NCBI RefSeq assembly: GCF_963506605.1
Contig: NC_083279.1
Location: forward strand, 19,902,001 to 19,966,000
From: Zootoca vivipara
Lineage: Eukaryota
Direction of reading: 5' to 3'
DNA length: 64,000 nucleotides
Within the stretch, counting starts at the first letter, position 1. Every line of letters starts with the position of its first letter. The notes beneath the pieces were generated by a model, which saw only the letters and a list, made by a program, of their open reading frames with translations, did no database searches and was not told the DNA's origin. Below are positions 49,854 through 62,608 of the stretch, in pieces. The translations under genes were made by a program, and so were the position numbers.

Positions 49854-50559
49854 ACAACAATAATACTTTGTTCATAGTACCAATCTTATAGACCTACAAT
49901 TCCCAGCACCTTTAGTAAATGAACAATCATGGAGACTCTTGGGCATTGAAAAGTGGTAAAAGAGCAAATTGTAGATCTGAAAGGGACCCCAGGGGTCATC
50001 CAGTCCAACCCCCTGCAATGCATGAATCTCAGCTAAAGTATCCTTGTGCTTCAAATGTTTGATGTGGATGTGACCTGAGATAAGATTGCAGAAAAGTAAC
50101 AAAAACAGCATTTAAAACAGCAGCAGCAACTATTTCAACTGATAAAAAAATAACACAGCAGATTAAACAGGTATTAAATCATCCAGAAACCAACTGGGCT
50201 GGAGGTGTCTGGAGTTCCTTCAGAAATGCAGGGCCCCTGCAGAAAAGGCCCTGTCCCTGATAGTCACTGGCTCTCGGTGTTGGACCAGAGGGCAAGGCAT
50301 CTGGTTCTGGGGCAATCACACATTAATGCAGGCAGTCCTTCAGATTGCCTGGTCCCAAATCTTAGGGTTTTGATTGTTAACATCATCACCTTAAATTAGT
50401 TTTACAGCACTTCGGGGGTTATATATATATATGAGAGGTTTGGTATCAAAACCCAGGCCCATGAATGAAAAGGGCCTTGGAGTCCAGGATTCTGTTAATA
50501 TGGAAATAAGATGATGTCTGGTGAAATATGGTTTGGATGTCACTGTGCCACAAAAACAC

Positions 50560-50798
50560 TACCTGCTTACCCTCCGTAATCATTGAGCCTGCCAAATTCA
50601 AAATCACTTGGACATATTACTGCAGCAGACGTGTAACCACTTTTCGGATCCTCCCTGGACTGTTCCCCCCCCCCCCTGTCCTGCCTTAATCCTTTAGTAT
50701 TGACTCAAGTGAGGGGGTAAATTATTCTAGGACGGCGATTCTGTACCTGTTTAGTTTCTTAGAATTAACTGCCATCGAATTATCAATGCAGATTACTT
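50560..50798. promoter_or_regulatory. candidate enhancer
   Basis: Unique sequence with TAATCC (50687), TCAAGTG (50705), TAATCATTG and AATTATCAAT motifs. Confidence 0.35.
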
Positions 50799-50809
50799 CT
50801 AAGATAGGT

Positions 50810-50940
50810 CAGCCTTCGCCAACCTAGCACCCTCCATATGTTTTGGACTGTAACTCCCAACAGTCCCTCCTCCCCACCAGTATGTGCTGATGGGAGGTGT
50901 AGTCCAAAACATGTGGAGGGCACCAGGTTGGCAAAGGCTG
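50810..50940. mobile_element. palindromic hAT MITE
   Basis: TIR CAGCCTT(C/T)GCCAACCT and TSD AGATAGGT/ATATAGGT. Confidence 0.8.
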
Positions 50941-53900
50941 ATATAGGTGATCCGCTTTGCAGCCTTTCTCAGCTTCCCCCTCATTGCAGACTGCGAGGTT
51001 AGGCACCCCCCAGGGAACAGGAAATGAAAATGGATTTTTTTCCTCCTCTCCCCTCCTTGTCTTCCTTTCTCTTCTTCATTATTCTCAATTGTACCCTGGA
51101 GATACTGATTGTGGTATTCTCCTAATCCCTTGCCTGGTGGGGTTATTTCCTCCCCCTCCCCCGCAAAAAAACAAAACACCACATCATGTCTTCATTGTTT
51201 TTTGGAGAACTTAATGACAACGGGGGCATCCCTCGTTTAACTGCGGGAGCAAAATGCGGGAGCAAAATGGCATATGAGCAATGATGGAATTTTTGCAAGG
51301 GAGGGCGGTGGACGACTGTCCTGGGACATTCCTTTTTCACTTCAACAGCGAGCAATGGGTGCATTTCTAGGGGGCAGGAAGGCGTGAAACCCTGCTATGG
51401 AAGGAACCCGCATATGGAAGGAATGCTCTTCCCAAAAGGCTAAACATGGGACAGGGACCGTGGAGTTAAAATATAGTCTTTTATGTGGAATGGTTAGAAT
51501 TTCTGGTTGCGGAGAAGGTTTCTAAAACCTGCATTCCCTACCAGGTTTTGGTTTTGGTTTGCAAAAAAATATAATGGGATATTAAAAAAAAGAACTCCAG
51601 AGAATCATTAAAGGCGAAGAAAGCGGAGGTTCTAGCCAAATTTATGTTGTCTCTGATTTCGCACATAAGGTGCACTGAAGGTGCTGAGAACTTTACTGTC
51701 CTGTTGAAATTAACAGGAACGGAACGTGCATAAATTCGGCTGAATCGCGCCCTCAACCTTCCGAGTGTATTTGGCTGGAGTTGTGCGTTGTTCATACTTT
51801 TCAGGTTTTCTTTACTATGCCCCCCAACTTCCTTTTCAGCCGCTTCCGATTTTTCCCCGCACAGAAAGAAGGTTTCAAAGACTTTAGTTTGTCTGTTTTA
51901 AATAGCTTGCCCCCCCTCCCTTTTCAATTCTACTTATTGCTACGAATCCAATTGGTGAAACAAAACAGATTATAGGATTAAGCAGCAGGATTTATCATTA
52001 AAATGCAAATAAATAAATAAATAACGGGTGACCACTAATGAGCATGGAGAGTTCGGTTAGGAGCGAGACGCGCGCGTCTCGTTGAAACTGGGAGGGGGGG
52101 AAACCTACAGTCGCTGCTGTTTCTTTTCTTTTTCGCAAGATGCCAAAGCGGACAACGCGTTTCTCACGTCACATAGTTTGTCGAGAGAGCCGCTTTTAAA
52201 CCAATGAAAAGCTGGGTAAATTTTTAGAAGATCTGAAATGGCATGGGGGCCCCAGGGAAGCGTTGTTCCAAAAAGTTTTGCTTTCCCCAACTGCGCTTGG
52301 ACTCTCAGGTCCTATCCATTTTAATGGGAATTCTCTCTCTCTCTTCAGGGTCGTTCAGAGTAAGTTGGAAATGGGGAGAGGGGGGGCATGAGGGTTACAG
52401 CCTTTCTCTAGTAGAAGAATTCAGTAGGTTACGTTTTCCCCATCTCTTCCTCAACCTGTGCCTTGCTGTTGAGCTCCTGATCAGGCTCAGTCAGCACAGA
52501 TAATGGTCAGGAATGATGCGAGTTGTGGTCCTCAACTCCCAGAGTCCAGGAAAGCAGATGAGCCTCAGCTTCTGTTTGCATGCAGACAGTTGCATGATGC
52601 TTAAAGCGACAGAAGACCGTGCACGCACTTGTGTAGAAGCTAGTAATTGCCCTTGAAAGTAAGGATGCTTACGCAAACACGGGTATAGGAGTTTTGCACA
52701 GGGGAATATCCCGAGACTGAATTTCGGCTAATATTTTCATATTAAAAGCTGTTCAAACGTCAGTGAGGCGGGTTGTTTTGTTCTATTTTATCATATCCCC
52801 ATCCCCAACCATTTTTAGCCCAGTCCTCAGCAGAGGCCTCCTGAGCAGCTAATAAATATCAGTCATAAAACAGTTCTCCCTTTTCATAGAATCTAAATGA
52901 CACAGCACAAAAGGAAAAAGGGACTGGGAGAGAGGAGGGGGGTGGAAGCAAACTTGTCTCGGGCTCTAATTCTTAATTATAGAGTTTTCGAAACGACCAG
53001 CTTTTTAGAGGGAAACAACAAAGGGGATTGGAAAGGTCAGGGATCACAATGCATTGTGTTCGTGTTTGAAATGTTTCTAAGGTTTATTTAATAGAAAACA
53101 AACCTATTCCCCAGTTTCTTCTGTTGCTTGCTCTGGTTCCTTCCCATCACCTTAATCTCTCTCCTCTTACATCAAAGGACGTGCACACAAAATCAAGAAA
53201 GCGTGAGCTGAACTCGGCTGTCCATTTTAATAATAATAAATAATATTTTTCTTATTTATACCCCACCCATCTGGCTGGGTTTCCCCAGCCGCTCTGGGCG
53301 GCTTCAGACAAGGGCCACCAAGCCTTGCCACTCCCCACTGAGCCATCCTTCAGGATTTGAACTTTTCTGCTTTCCTCAATTTGGCAAGCCGAGGTTTGAA
53401 AAATGTGCAAGGCTTTGTCTCCCCCCCCCCATTGCAACTCACTCAAAAGAAGCCGGACAACCCAGCAGATGGCTGCGGGCAGGATTCCTGCATCGCATGG
53501 GGTTGGGCTAGATGACCCTCGTGGTCCCTTCCCACTCAGAATCCTAGGATTCTGATTTCTGGAAAACGCTTCCAACCTCAAGCTGCGATCTCCAAAGCCC
53601 CACTGTTTTTCGAGGCAGGCCCTTGCAAGTAAGTGAGTTTAAGGATGGAGCCAGATTTTAATTTCCAGTTCAGGACTCCGTTATAATTTGCAAGCCAAAA
53701 TGCCCTCCCCAGCACGCAGCCACACCATCACCCCAGGGCACCTATGCTCAGAAGCTGTGAAACAATAATAAAATAAAATAAAATAAAGCAGCAGAACTCA
53801 CACACACCGACACCGTCCTCATATTTCCACACATCTCATATAATTCTTATCAAGTCCTGTGTGTGCTCTTTAGTTTGCAAATCAATCTGAGAATTTAGGC

Positions 53901-54801
53901 AGGGTTGGGGGAGCCTTTGCATTTGGAAACCTTTCTTGCTTCCTCTCGCAGCAATGGGCTGCCCATTGCTGGGCACTATCCAGCAAAGGCACACGCCGTC
54001 GATTTCACTGGGAGGTACCCTTGTACAGTACAGAATTCAGACTCCGATTCAACTCGGTGATATTTTGAAACTGCTTCAAGCCGGATCAGTCGCGCCTGGT
54101 GTGTGCCTCCTTCGTTCAGCCCAAGCGGCGTTCCTTGGCTAATATCAGCAAATGGCCGATTAAATGGCAGGAAAAGACCGAATAATTTGCGACGGATGAG
54201 GCTGGAACCGGCGGAAGGCTGATTTGTTGGGCATCGAGACGCTTCTGCTATCCTTTCTTAAAGAAGCAGAGACCAAACAGGAAAGTTAAACTGTTCTCAA
54301 AAGCATCGTTCTGGCACACTTAATTCTGGGGGCAAATGTGTTCCATTGTGGTTAGTGTGCTAGGGTACTACCAATCTCAACTCTCCAACACATGGGCATA
54401 GCCGGAGGCGGGGGGGGCAGCTGTCCCCCTCCAGATCAAGTAAATCAATAAAAAATACTTAACTAACTGAGGTTCTGTCTCCCCCACAACATAAATCCTG
54501 GCTACGCCCAAGCACCAACACCTGGATAAATTAGCAAGAACCAATAAATTTGTTTTATTTACACAGTAAGAAAAATTACATTTTTTGTTGCATTGCCAGC
54601 AGAGAAATAAAACGGGAAGGTTGTTAGCTGTTTCAAGGTTATACAAATTCACACAAGCTTCTCAAACTGTACCTATTAAAAAGATGGAGCAAGGAGGAGG
54701 GGGAAGTTTGCCTTATAAGGAGCATAGGTGGGTGCTACCAAACAGTGGTCGAAATTTGCCTGGCCAGTTGCAACCAGGTGAAGATGCCCAGGTGCCAGGA
54801 T

Positions 54802-55360
54802 TGTAGCGCCTGACACCTCCACCATCTGTCAAACCTGTGGGAGCCACTTCCCCCTGGGTGTGGCCAGGTAGATGGGCATGACTCAAATAAAAGGCTGGTC
54901 ATGTAGCCACGTCCCTTCCCTTGCTCCTCCTGCCTCTGCGTCTTGCTCTCCTACTCTCCGTCATGTACTGCATCTCTACAAAGATATTGGCCCATGTTCT
55001 AAGTCTGAGACTTAACACAAACCCCCCTTTAATCTACACCTGCCTGGGTAACTGCAACCTAAGCCTGCCTTCAGATTGCTACTGAATGTGAACTGTGAGT
55101 TAACTCTATACAGTATTTTTATTCTAAGAAGCCTGTTTTTGAATGGTTATTGTTTCAAGGGGGAATAAAAGGAGAAAACACCAGGAAGAATCCAAGCTGC
55201 ACCAAGGCTTCCTGGATTGTTTCATCAAAAGGCTGAAAGTAGCTAAAGAACAGTTTCCTATTTTGCTGCAAAAGGATGTGCTCTGCTCTACTCACAAACA
55301 TGAGTAAGGAAGGATAATATCTTAATATATCCTTTACTACCTTCCATTCACATTCCTACA
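54802..55360 (+). mobile_element. probable solo LTR
   Basis: TGTAG...CTACA inverted termini, imperfect 4-bp TSD GGAT/GTAT, a TATA-like AAATAAAAGG followed by a pyrimidine-rich R-like region, and an AATAAA. Confidence 0.45.
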
Positions 55361-55577
55361 GTATCCAATGCAGCCTTAATTGCATGTAAACGTCCTTGGG
55401 AATAAGGCAGGTTCCTCTCTGCGGGAGGAAGAAACCCTGTTCTCTTTCATGCTGCGTCAGATAGGCTGCAGTTGCTCAGCAGGAAGTTAAAGCCACTTGG
55501 ACACATGCTCAGAGATTCGTTGCATGATACTGCTCCCACTCCGTTTTTAGAAAAGGGCATGGCCAGAGGTGTGGAAC

Positions 55578-56509
55578 ACTTATAAACACCATCTCCAACT
55601 CCTCGAAAGATTCCATCAACGGTGTATCTGAAAATCTTTACACATCACTTGGGAAGACAGGTGAACTAATACCAGTGTACTGGAAGAAGCAAAGATCACC
55701 AGTGTTGAAGCAACAATTCTTCAACATCAACTTTGTTGGACTGGTCATGTTGTGCAGGTGCCTGATTATCGTCTTCCAAAGCAACTGTTTGTTTGTTTGT
55801 TTGTTTGTTTAGTCGTTTAGTCATGTCCGACTCTTCGTGTCCCCATGGACCAGAGCACACCAGCCACTCCTGTCTTCCACTGCCTCCCGCAGTTTGGTCA
55901 GACTCATGTTTGTAGCTTCGAGAACACTGTCCAACCATCTTGTCCTCTGTCGTCCCCTTCTTGTGCCCTCAATCTTACCCAACATCAGGGTCTTTTCCAT
56001 GGAGTCTTCTCTTCTCATGAGGTGGCCAAAGTACTGGAGCCTCAGCTTCAGGATCTGCCCTTCCAGTGATCACTCAGGGCTGATTTCCTTCAGAATGGAT
56101 AGGTTTGATCTTCTTGCAGTCCATGGGACTCTCAAGAGTCTCCTCCAGCACCAAAGCAACTACTCTATTCTAAACTTAAAAATGGAAAGAGGTTTAAAGA
56201 CTGTATCAAGGCAAATTTTAAAAAATGTAGTATAAACACCAACAGTTGGGAAACACTTGCCTGCAAGTGCTCCAATTGGAGAAGAGCCTTTACTCGAACT
56301 CAGGATGTAACGGAGAAACGTGCTAAGAGGAAGGCACGCTTGGCAAACCCACACCGTGATCAACTCCCACCCAGAAACCAATGTCCCCACTGTGGAAGGA
56401 TGTGTGGATCCAGAATTGGCCTCCACAGTCACTTACGGACTCATTGTTAAAACCGTGTTTATGGAAGACAATCTTACTCGGCTATGAGTAATCGCCAAAG
56501 AAGAAGAAG
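55578..56509 (+). mobile_element. 5'-truncated RTE-clade LINE (non-BovB family), split by a BovB insertion
   Basis: Translates to HLQLLERFHQRC..HITWEDR..SVLEEAKITSVEA..QL.WTGHVV..PDYRLPKQLLYS and CPHCGRMCGSRIGLHSHLRTHC*; (GAA)n tail. Confidence 0.85.
55787..56150 (-). mobile_element. 5'-truncated BovB nested in the RTE element
   Basis: Closely matches the 3' 350 bp of the full-length BovB. (AAAC)n tail; TSD CCAAAGCAACT (55776-86 / 56151-61). Confidence 0.92.
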
Positions 56510-59118
56510 TAAAAGAGGTGGTGAGGCTCCAAGAAGAAAGCACATGCAAGAGGTGTCCACTACCTCAATTACATCAGAGGGTAGAGCGGAGAGTTTGCTA
56601 GCTCACACCTAGCCAGGCCACGGCTGTGTTTTCTGGGGATTATTCCAGTGATCAACCAGATACTGATGGATTGCCTCTCTCTTTCTGGCTGATGTGCCAG
56701 CAGCCTCTGTGTCTATCTGCGTGTATCTGTCTTGAGTGTAATGGTGGCAGATCAAAGGATCGCCCCGTGTCCCTGCAGAGCCAGAGAACAATCCCGCCGC
56801 TTTTGTGTGCTGTTGCTAGGAGCCCAGAAAACTAAAGGAAAGTGTGGGGAGCATGTTAATCAGACTCGTTACAGTACAACAATAATGTCTCTCTCCAGCG
56901 ACAAGTCTCCTAGAGTGGAGTGCTGGGCACTTGGGCAGGTCAGTAGATAGACAGTCTCCAGCCCAGCAGCACCAGGAGCTAAGCGCGTGCACGCGTGCAC
57001 GCACACACACACAGTGTGTACAACTAGGTAAGATATATATGCTCACTCATCATATTACCAAACAACAACAAAAAAGATGCACTGTATGCTGTATCGACCA
57101 TCCACTGCACCGTAACACAAACATGGTAATTTCTTTCTGGAACTGGCATCTACTGGGAAGAGAAGTAAACGATCTAAATCCTCTATACAACCATTTCTAT
57201 TTCAGTTTTTATAGGGATATGTCAATGCCTGCTATCCAAATATCTGTTGGTTGGCATCTGCTAGAATCTAAATTATGTAAAGGCTTTCTTCATTTCCTTG
57301 TGCAATTCCTCTCGGTTGAAAACAAACAAACCCCGGTCAACAGGGCACCTGTTGATGATCTTAATACTCATATGTTCTAAATTTACCCCCACCCCCACCC
57401 CATTTCTAAACCGAGATTTCCTTCATGTCCCATTTGTCAGGCTTGTTCTCTTTTGACTTAATATGTTGAACAACCAAGTTGTAATTTTCCTTACTTAAGT
57501 TTAGGCAAAAATGCTTGTAGCACATGACAAAGCAAAGATAAATTAACCAAGTTAAGGTTCTTTACAGGACAGGCCCTGTCCTAATCTAATCATCTGGAAA
57601 TCCTCAGTGCAAAATGTGAGCCAGTGCAGTGTGGTTGATTGTGTGGGATGTTTGATGCAGTCAAATCAACAATTCATGTTTTGCCAGATGGGCGCATGAA
57701 GGGACTGGGGCTCACAGAGCTTTCCTGTAATCCTACTAGACAGAATTCTGTGAGATCACTTCCGTTTTTGCCCTGACAGGAAGAGAGTATAGCTATGTAT
57801 GCTCCTCCCTGCCTAGGCACACTCTCGCCTCTTTCCCACCATGTCTGCAATGTGAGAACTCTGAGCTGAAGCTCAGACACCATTCTTAAGCTAGACTTAG
57901 TATGTTTTAGTAACTCAAATAGCATTTTAAGCCTGCCTGCGTCAAGCTACTGTACCTGTTATTCTTCAAGACATATACTGTGTGTTATTTTCAACTTTTA
58001 TAATTCTGTAAAAAGCTCCCAGCAGAGTATTAAAATCACAGAATTATGCAGCACAGTGAAGCATGAGGAATATAGCTTGCTAGACCCTTTAAATATCTCC
58101 TTTAATCAGCTTACAGTGTTTCCCCTCTCTACCCCTCTCACAATGAACAGACCACACTGTTAGTATGTTTAAATGCTATACTTACAAACACTGAAGGCAA
58201 GATTCGTGTGTTATTCCATGCAGCAGCAAGAACACACGTAGAAAATCATTGGATTATAAAATACAGAAAAACATTTCTGAGCACGCAGTCCGGGCTTGAA
58301 TCGGCCAAGCCCAGATTTGTTGTCTAGTTAGCTTCACATGGTGGAAGAGAATGAACAAAGGGAACATCATTTCCTCCTTCCCTGGAGGTGAGGAGGCATG
58401 ACCTAAACTAGTGATACAGCTCTATGGTCTTATCTTAACCTCTTCATGTGTTAACTAGCCCTAAGATTGCTAGTTATATTTGACTGCAATTTCTCACAGT
58501 TAATTCCATGGTATCTATAGCTTTATCAACTGATCAATTAAAAATATTGACAGTCAGGCACCAGTAAAAAGAACAGAATATGCTTTTAGCTGCAAATGAA
58601 GAGATGAAAAGGTTAGGGTAGTTGTTTGTGAACAAATGCATTTGTCCAGACCTGTTTTTATAAGAGGAAATATGTTGTTGAGGGATGAGACCACATATTA
58701 CACTTCCTCATAAGACCCCCTCCAATCCTTTCTATTGGTCTTGGACAAAGTATACACATTTGTGAAGGAAAATGCAGAAACTTATTGCAACCTTATTGAA
58801 TTTTCCGATTCATCATCTTTTTACAGTACTGTACAAGACTGTGGACTAGTGGGGATTGACCTTGGAAACAAAGTACTGTACTGTACCAATTGACAAGGCA
58901 ATACCTCTGATATGACCAAAGGAATCATCCTAGTATGGAATCAGAGTCCTTCTTTTGGTCTGCCTGGATATGAATGAATCAAGCTACCAATCATCCTACC
59001 AACATCAGCTGCAGTGGCATGAATTTTTAAAGCCTCTCTTGAATACAGCAATTATGTTCACCTAATGGTTTAGATTGCCGTTATTTTCTGTCTACTTCCA
59101 CTTTGCCAAGCTAGAAAA

Positions 59119-59713
59119 TTTTTACACATCACTTGGGAAGACAGGCGAACTAATATCAATGTACTGGAAGAAGCAAAGATCACCAGTGTTGAAGCAATGA
59201 TTCTTCAACATCAACTTCATTGAACTGGTCATGTTGTGCAGATGCCTGATGATCGTCTTCCAAAGCAACTACTGTACTCTATTCCGAACTTTAAAATGAA
59301 AAGCGTAATGCTTCTGGTCAACTAAAGAGGTTTAAAGACTGTCTCAAGGCAAATATTTAAAAATGTAGTATAAACACTGATAACTGGGAAACACTGGCCT
59401 GCGAGCGCTCCAGTTGGAGAACAGCCTTTACCAAAAGTGTCATGGGCTTTGAAGAACCTTGATCTCAGGACGCAAGGGAGAAACGTGCTAAGAGGAAGGC
59501 ACGCTTGGCAAATCCACACCGTGATCAACTCCCACCTGGAAACCAATGTCCCTGCTGTGGAAGGACGTATGGATCCAGAATTGGCTTCCACAGTCACTTA
59601 TGGACCCATTGTTAAAATCGTGTTTATGGAAGACAATCTTACTCAGCTACGAGTGATAGAAGAAGAAGAAGAAGAAGAAGAAGAAGAAGAAGAAGAAGAA
59701 GAAGAAGAAGAAG
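59119..59713 (+). mobile_element. 5'-truncated RTE-clade LINE with expanded (GAA)n tail and 36-bp TSD
   Basis: Homologous to 55637-56509; flanked by ATTTTCTGTCTACTTC(C/A)ACTTTGCCAAGCTAGAAAA at 59083-59118 and 59714-59749. Confidence 0.9.
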
Positions 59714-60709
59714 ATTTTCTGTCTACTTCAACTTTGCCAAGCTAGAAAAACTTGATTGACTTGGATATATTCAAGTGTTAACATTCAGCCAGTTTCAGTC
59801 TAAACTCAATATAATACTCAATCATGTGATAAAATCATCAACATATTTATTTATATTGCTGAAATTGTAATTCTGGGTTTTTATTTTCTATATATATGTC
59901 AGACTTTTATTTTGACCACAGCAAAACTGTGCTGAGTGTTTCCGTAGTAGGTTGGCTTGAGCTGAAAAGTGCATGTCAAGTTCATTTCCTTCAGAGCAGA
60001 GGCTAGTAGCAAGTGGCACTTTTCACCCCGGACAAACTGTGAATTGTATTTGGAATTGTATTTGTGATCAAAATCTGCATTGCTGAGGTTCCTGCTGGCG
60101 GCTACCTCTTTTTTTCTCTTTTTTTCTGAAAACTGATATCTCTAGCACCGCTCTCAGGAACAGGGGAGATTTGTGGTGGAGGCTCTCAATCAAATTTGCC
60201 CCATCCTGCTCTTTAGAAATCAGAACCTTGCTGCAAAACAATCAGGAGTCGGTTCCTGCATTCTTTCAAAACCAGCTGGTGTTAGAAATGCTTTAAACAC
60301 ACACAGACACGTGAAACTACAACAATGTATATCTTTTGAAAAGGATATCTGGGACCAAGGCTGCGGAGACCAAAAGGGGGTATCCACCCCCACCCTTCAA
60401 TCTGCTCCAGAGGAGAACCCAGAACATATTTAAGGGCCATGTGGGGGAGAATTGATAGCATAGGATCAAACTCCTAGGGGCTGGCATTCCTTTGGACCCC
60501 CCCCCCCAATAAAACATTTGAGGGGGCCACATACTACCCAAAAAGTTGATGGGCATTGCCATTCAAATGGGGGGGGTGGTGTGCCGCATATTGTGATCAA
60601 TTATGAGGGACGGGGATTACCTGCCCCCACCCCAATATTTTATTCAAGTTGGCACCCCTGGTTAATAGAAAGGAAGTTCCATTGTCGAGACAAAAGTGCA
60701 GAACTGTTG

Positions 60710-60841
60710 GCTTTTCTCAAACTTGTGTCCCCAGATGTTGCTGGACTACAACTCCCATCATCCCTGACCACTGGTCCTGGTAGCTATGGATGATGGAAGC
60801 TGTAGTCCAACAACACCTGGAGACCCAAGTTTGAGAAAAGC
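60710..60841. mobile_element. palindromic hAT MITE
   Basis: GCTTTTCTCAAACTTG ... CAAGTTTGAGAAAAGC, with the same core as the 45861 copy. Confidence 0.75.
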
Positions 60842-62204
60842 TCATTTCGGTGCATAATAGAAATGTAGATAATGATAATGTACAGGTGACGATGTGACCG
60901 CATGTACATTATGTATATGGCAGGGAGAGTGTTGTGTGTCAAGTGTCTGTGACAATGAAAGGAGCTAAAGGTACGGTACATGCATTTTTCTTCTTCTTGG
61001 GTGGGGATGGGGGTGGTTTGCCCCATCCACTTTGGCCCTGCTTACTATTCATATGTGGCCCCTGGAAGACTGGGCAAGTTTGTCTGGCCCTCTGGCTGAA
61101 ATAGGTTTCTCACCGTTGTTATACATGCTGAAAACCTATTTCTAATCTTCTTTTCTGCTGATAATCTGTTGGGTTTTCTTGGATTCAATATTTTAGTATT
61201 TTAATATTGCATTTTATGGTTTTGTGCTTGTGATCCACCCCGGGAACAATGTTACCGGGTGGCCATACAAAGGCCACAAACAAATCCATGAACCTTTCTG
61301 CCACATGGAACCCGGGGTTACCTTTTCTGACAGGAGAAAGAAGTAATCTGAATTAGGGCAGCTCCCGTTGTTTAAGGGTTGAGAAATTCACAACCAATTT
61401 AAAAAGGATGCTCTGCTTATATGGTGCCTGTTATATCACTGTGTTATATGCGAGCAGGAGAGAAGCGGTAACCCTGCCAAAACCCTAGAGTTCCTGGTGT
61501 TTACAGACTCCTGTCACCCCAAGCAAAAACCACAAGCTCATAAAGAAACCTTTTCAGCAGAACCTTTTACAAATTAACTCACAGCCAACACATTAACGTT
61601 CCTTTTCTTTTGAGGAATTCGTTTTGAGTTTAAAGATGCCTTTCCCCCCCTCATAATCCAGGTGCGCTCTATAAAACGTTGACTCCTGCACTATTTCCTA
61701 ATATATAGTTCAACTGAGATCTAACATAGTAATGATTAATTATGGACCCTGGTTGTTGTGTGGCTCCTATTTGCGGTTTCAGGGAGGTTTTAAGCAGTTG
61801 GCATCATCTGATGGGTGGTTTGGAGCCTGCCTTGCTCCAGCAAAGGAACAGTTGGGAAGCCATTTTAAGCGCCCAATTGTTCCTCTGGGGCCCTCCCTTA
61901 ACTTGCCCCATGCCTGGTAACCAGGTATAGGATGGGTGGTCATGGCATCTCCAAAAATGGCCTGGTGGCCCAAGCGTGGTCTGCAGGCCACAGATCCCAC
62001 CTGTGCTTTAACTAGATATATATTTTGAATAGGAAAAGTGCAGTCATTCAGTCCTCCTTTGATGGACTCCCAGAATTAGTGACTTCCTGCATGAAAACAG
62101 GAACTCTACCACAATCTTTGGCTCCAGTGTCAAATTGCATCTGACATGTACAAATGAGGAAAGAATTACATTTCTTTGATTTAAAAATAAATAAAAAATA
62201 AAAA

Positions 62205-62286
62205 ACTGACCAGTAGCACCTTATAGACCAACTAAGTTTGTTCTGATAAAAGTTTTCGTGTGCATGCAGACTTCTTCAGATACACT
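62205..62286 (-). mobile_element. Penelope-like terminal fragment with degenerate hammerhead
   Basis: Reverse complement reads GTATCTGAAGAAGTCTGCATGCACACGAAAACTTTTATCAGAACAAACTTAGTTGGTCTATAAGGTGCTACTG, homologous to 10171-10245. Confidence 0.6.
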
Positions 62287-62608
62287 GATTGTTAGCATTG
62301 TTATAGATTTGGGGAGGGAACCCCCCTAAACCCTGGAAATTAATAACTGGTAGGATTTTGATTAATTGGGGTATGGATGAAAGTACAAGAGGCAGAGCTG
62401 TGCCAGACAAGGAATCCCTGAGCTGGCTTATTCAAACCAGCCTGGCTGTTCTAGCAAAGAGCAAATCTGTTAACATGCCAAAAGGGGTTGATGGGCCATC
62501 TGAGAGGAATCCTTTGGCCTGGGCAGACAGATGTTGAGGAGGTGATGGGGTATGAGTTCAAAGTGACAGGAAAAGAGAGCTTTCCGCAAGTTGTACTGGG
62601 AAGAAGGC

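Larger units (their letters stand above)
46641..49860 (+). mobile_element. apparently full-length BovB (RTE-clade) LINE
   Basis: BovB-type 5' region (GCCTTGTCGTGGCGAAGGGGCTTG...GGCCACCCAAGATGGAC), one long ORF, and a 3' end GAGTCGGACACGACTAAACGACTAAACAACAA. Possible low-complexity TSD AACAATAATA. Confidence 0.95.

Noticed and set aside
45300-50591. 12-mer TCATTGAGCCTG shared by two candidate enhancers (45300 and 50580)
   Set aside because: Many 12-mer matches are expected by chance in 64 kb.
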